A DNA stretch of 63,509 bases, the filler included, from Mobula birostris (Eukaryota): the NCBI RefSeq assembly GCF_030028105.1. It is 3 parts of 3 records of this genome, joined end to end, with 100 filler letters (N's around TTAATTAATTAA, not from the genome) between each part and the next. Parts side by side here need not be neighbours in the genome. Positions count along the whole stretch, not along the records: positions 39,902 to 63,509 come from NW_027277869.1; 2 more parts are not named here. The stretch is one strand, 5' to 3'. Positions 61,990-63,509 of this stretch are shown piece after piece; the first letter of the stretch is position 1, and each line of letters begins with the position of its first letter. Below the pieces are notes generated by a model, which saw nothing but the letters and a program-made list of their open reading frames with translations, was not told the origin of the DNA and ran no database searches. The position numbers and the translations under genes are program-made.

Positions 61990-62640
61990 CTCCAATCACA
62001 TTTCTATTATCCTCGTGGCCACCTATTTCAATTTGACTTTCCATTCCCATTCTGTCATGTCTGTCCATGGGCTCCTCTACTGCCATGGTGAGGCCAAAGT
62101 CAGGTTGGAGTAGCAACACCTCATATTCCATCCAGGTACCTGCCAAACTGATTCCATGAATACTTATTTTTTAACTTCCAGTAATGATCCCCCACTCCTT
62201 TATTCTCCCTTTTATTCTATTCCTCATACTAGATACACCCTCATCCCTTCGTTTCTCCTCACCTTCCCATCATTTCCATTTGGTTCCCCTTCTCCTGCAC
62301 TTCCCTCCATGGTCCACTGTCCTCTCAGATTCCTTCTGTTTCAGCCATTTATCTCTTCCACTTATGCCCTACCAGCTTCTTACTTCATACTGCCTCCCCC
62401 ATCCACACACTTTCCCCCTCACCTGGTCTCACCTCTCATCTGACAGAATGTATTCCTCTCTACTCCTCCCACCTTCTTATTCTGGCTTCTGCCCACTTCC
62501 TTTCCTGTACCAGTGAAATCTCTCAGCCCAAAATATCGACTGTTTATTTCCATCCATAGATGCTGCCTGACTTGCCGAGTTCCTCCAGCACTTTGTGTGT
62601 GTTGTTCAAGATTTCCAGCATCTGTAGAATCTCCTGTGTT
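61990..62640 (+). mobile_element. Penelope-like remnant with terminal repeat
   Basis: 'VATYFN..SHSHS.MSVHGLLYC' GIY-YIG end; degenerate terminal motif near 62510-62600. Confidence 0.65.
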
Positions 62641-63509
62641 TCTGGTTGTCCATACACTCATTCATTTGTGTACATTGTTGCTTCAGTGTGACTCAGATCC
62701 CAATTCCAGTTTCTTTGGCCAGATTCCCTGTTGTCTAACTCCAGTCAGCAAGAACTGGAACCTGTTTTTCACCCAATGGCTGTGAGGCATGAGGTGATGA
62801 AGGTGAACGGGGCTGAAATTCTAAATTGACTCTGTCAAAGGACGGATGACCCTTTGATAATGTTGGGCACAAGACAAATCGGTGAGACAAGACACAGGGG
62901 TCTAACCAGTCTCCTGTCCAATCTGTTATGCTTTGTGTTTAAATCCTGGATCAGACAAATTGCTAAAGTTACATTGGTCCACGTGCCGGACACTGAATTC
63001 AGTCCAAGAGGGCAACTCAGTGATCCCAAGGAATATCAGAAAGGAGAATGTTTTGTTAGAATTACTCAAGCATTGACAGAATTCTATACTTCTTGTGGAA
63101 TAACACCAGCATTCAGCAATAAAGGGAACATTTCCAAGTGACTGCTGAACATCAAGACAGTGCTGATATGGGACATAACTGAGAAACCTGCAAAAAACAT
63201 GTTTAACAACATCACAGTGCTGATTAAACTGCGATTCACAATTCAGTGACTCTTCAGTGTACACCTAGGTTTGCATATTTATGATATTACACGACAACAA
63301 TGATCATCTGGACCACACCAACGGACTTTCTGTTTTAAAAGAAAATTGCTCATAATCTTACTGAAATGAGAAAGGTTAAGAAATACACATCATACCTTGT
63401 CGGATGATCCGACCCAGTCAGACTGGAACCGTGTGTGTTGCGTCTGCTCTTTCTTCAGACAAAGACAGTGACTCATAGTCTCATTGAAGGTCTCAGCCAT
63501 GACACAAAC

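Overview
Eukaryotic genomic DNA from a cartilaginous fish, probably a ray (inferred from the IgW gene and the repeat families). The window is three contigs joined by artificial 100-bp linkers (44 N + TTAATTAATTAA + 44 N), so adjacency across the linkers is not evidence of linkage. Contig 1 (1-18680): a leader + germline-joined VJ-type Ig domain gene (minus strand) lies head-to-head with METTL3 exons 1-2. Both sit among 52-bp satellite arrays that carry Tx1-clade LINE insertions at the same nucleotide of the satellite unit. Contig 2 (18781-39801): the divergent pair COA8 (exons 1-2, minus) and BAG5 (complete CDS, plus), with Tc1, Mariner, Harbinger and Penelope-like elements, the last carrying minimal hammerhead motifs. 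Contig 3 (39902-63509): CR1 and RTE LINE remnants and a short-form IgW heavy-chain pseudogene. That gene has a leader, a V apparently pre-joined to D with a 12-spacer RSS, no J found by eye, a CH1 broken by a SINE plus a stop, a CH2 with a 27-bp triplication, and a Cys-rich secretory tail. Family assignments come from recalled sequence motifs, not database searches. TE boundaries are approximate unless TSDs or TIRs are cited.
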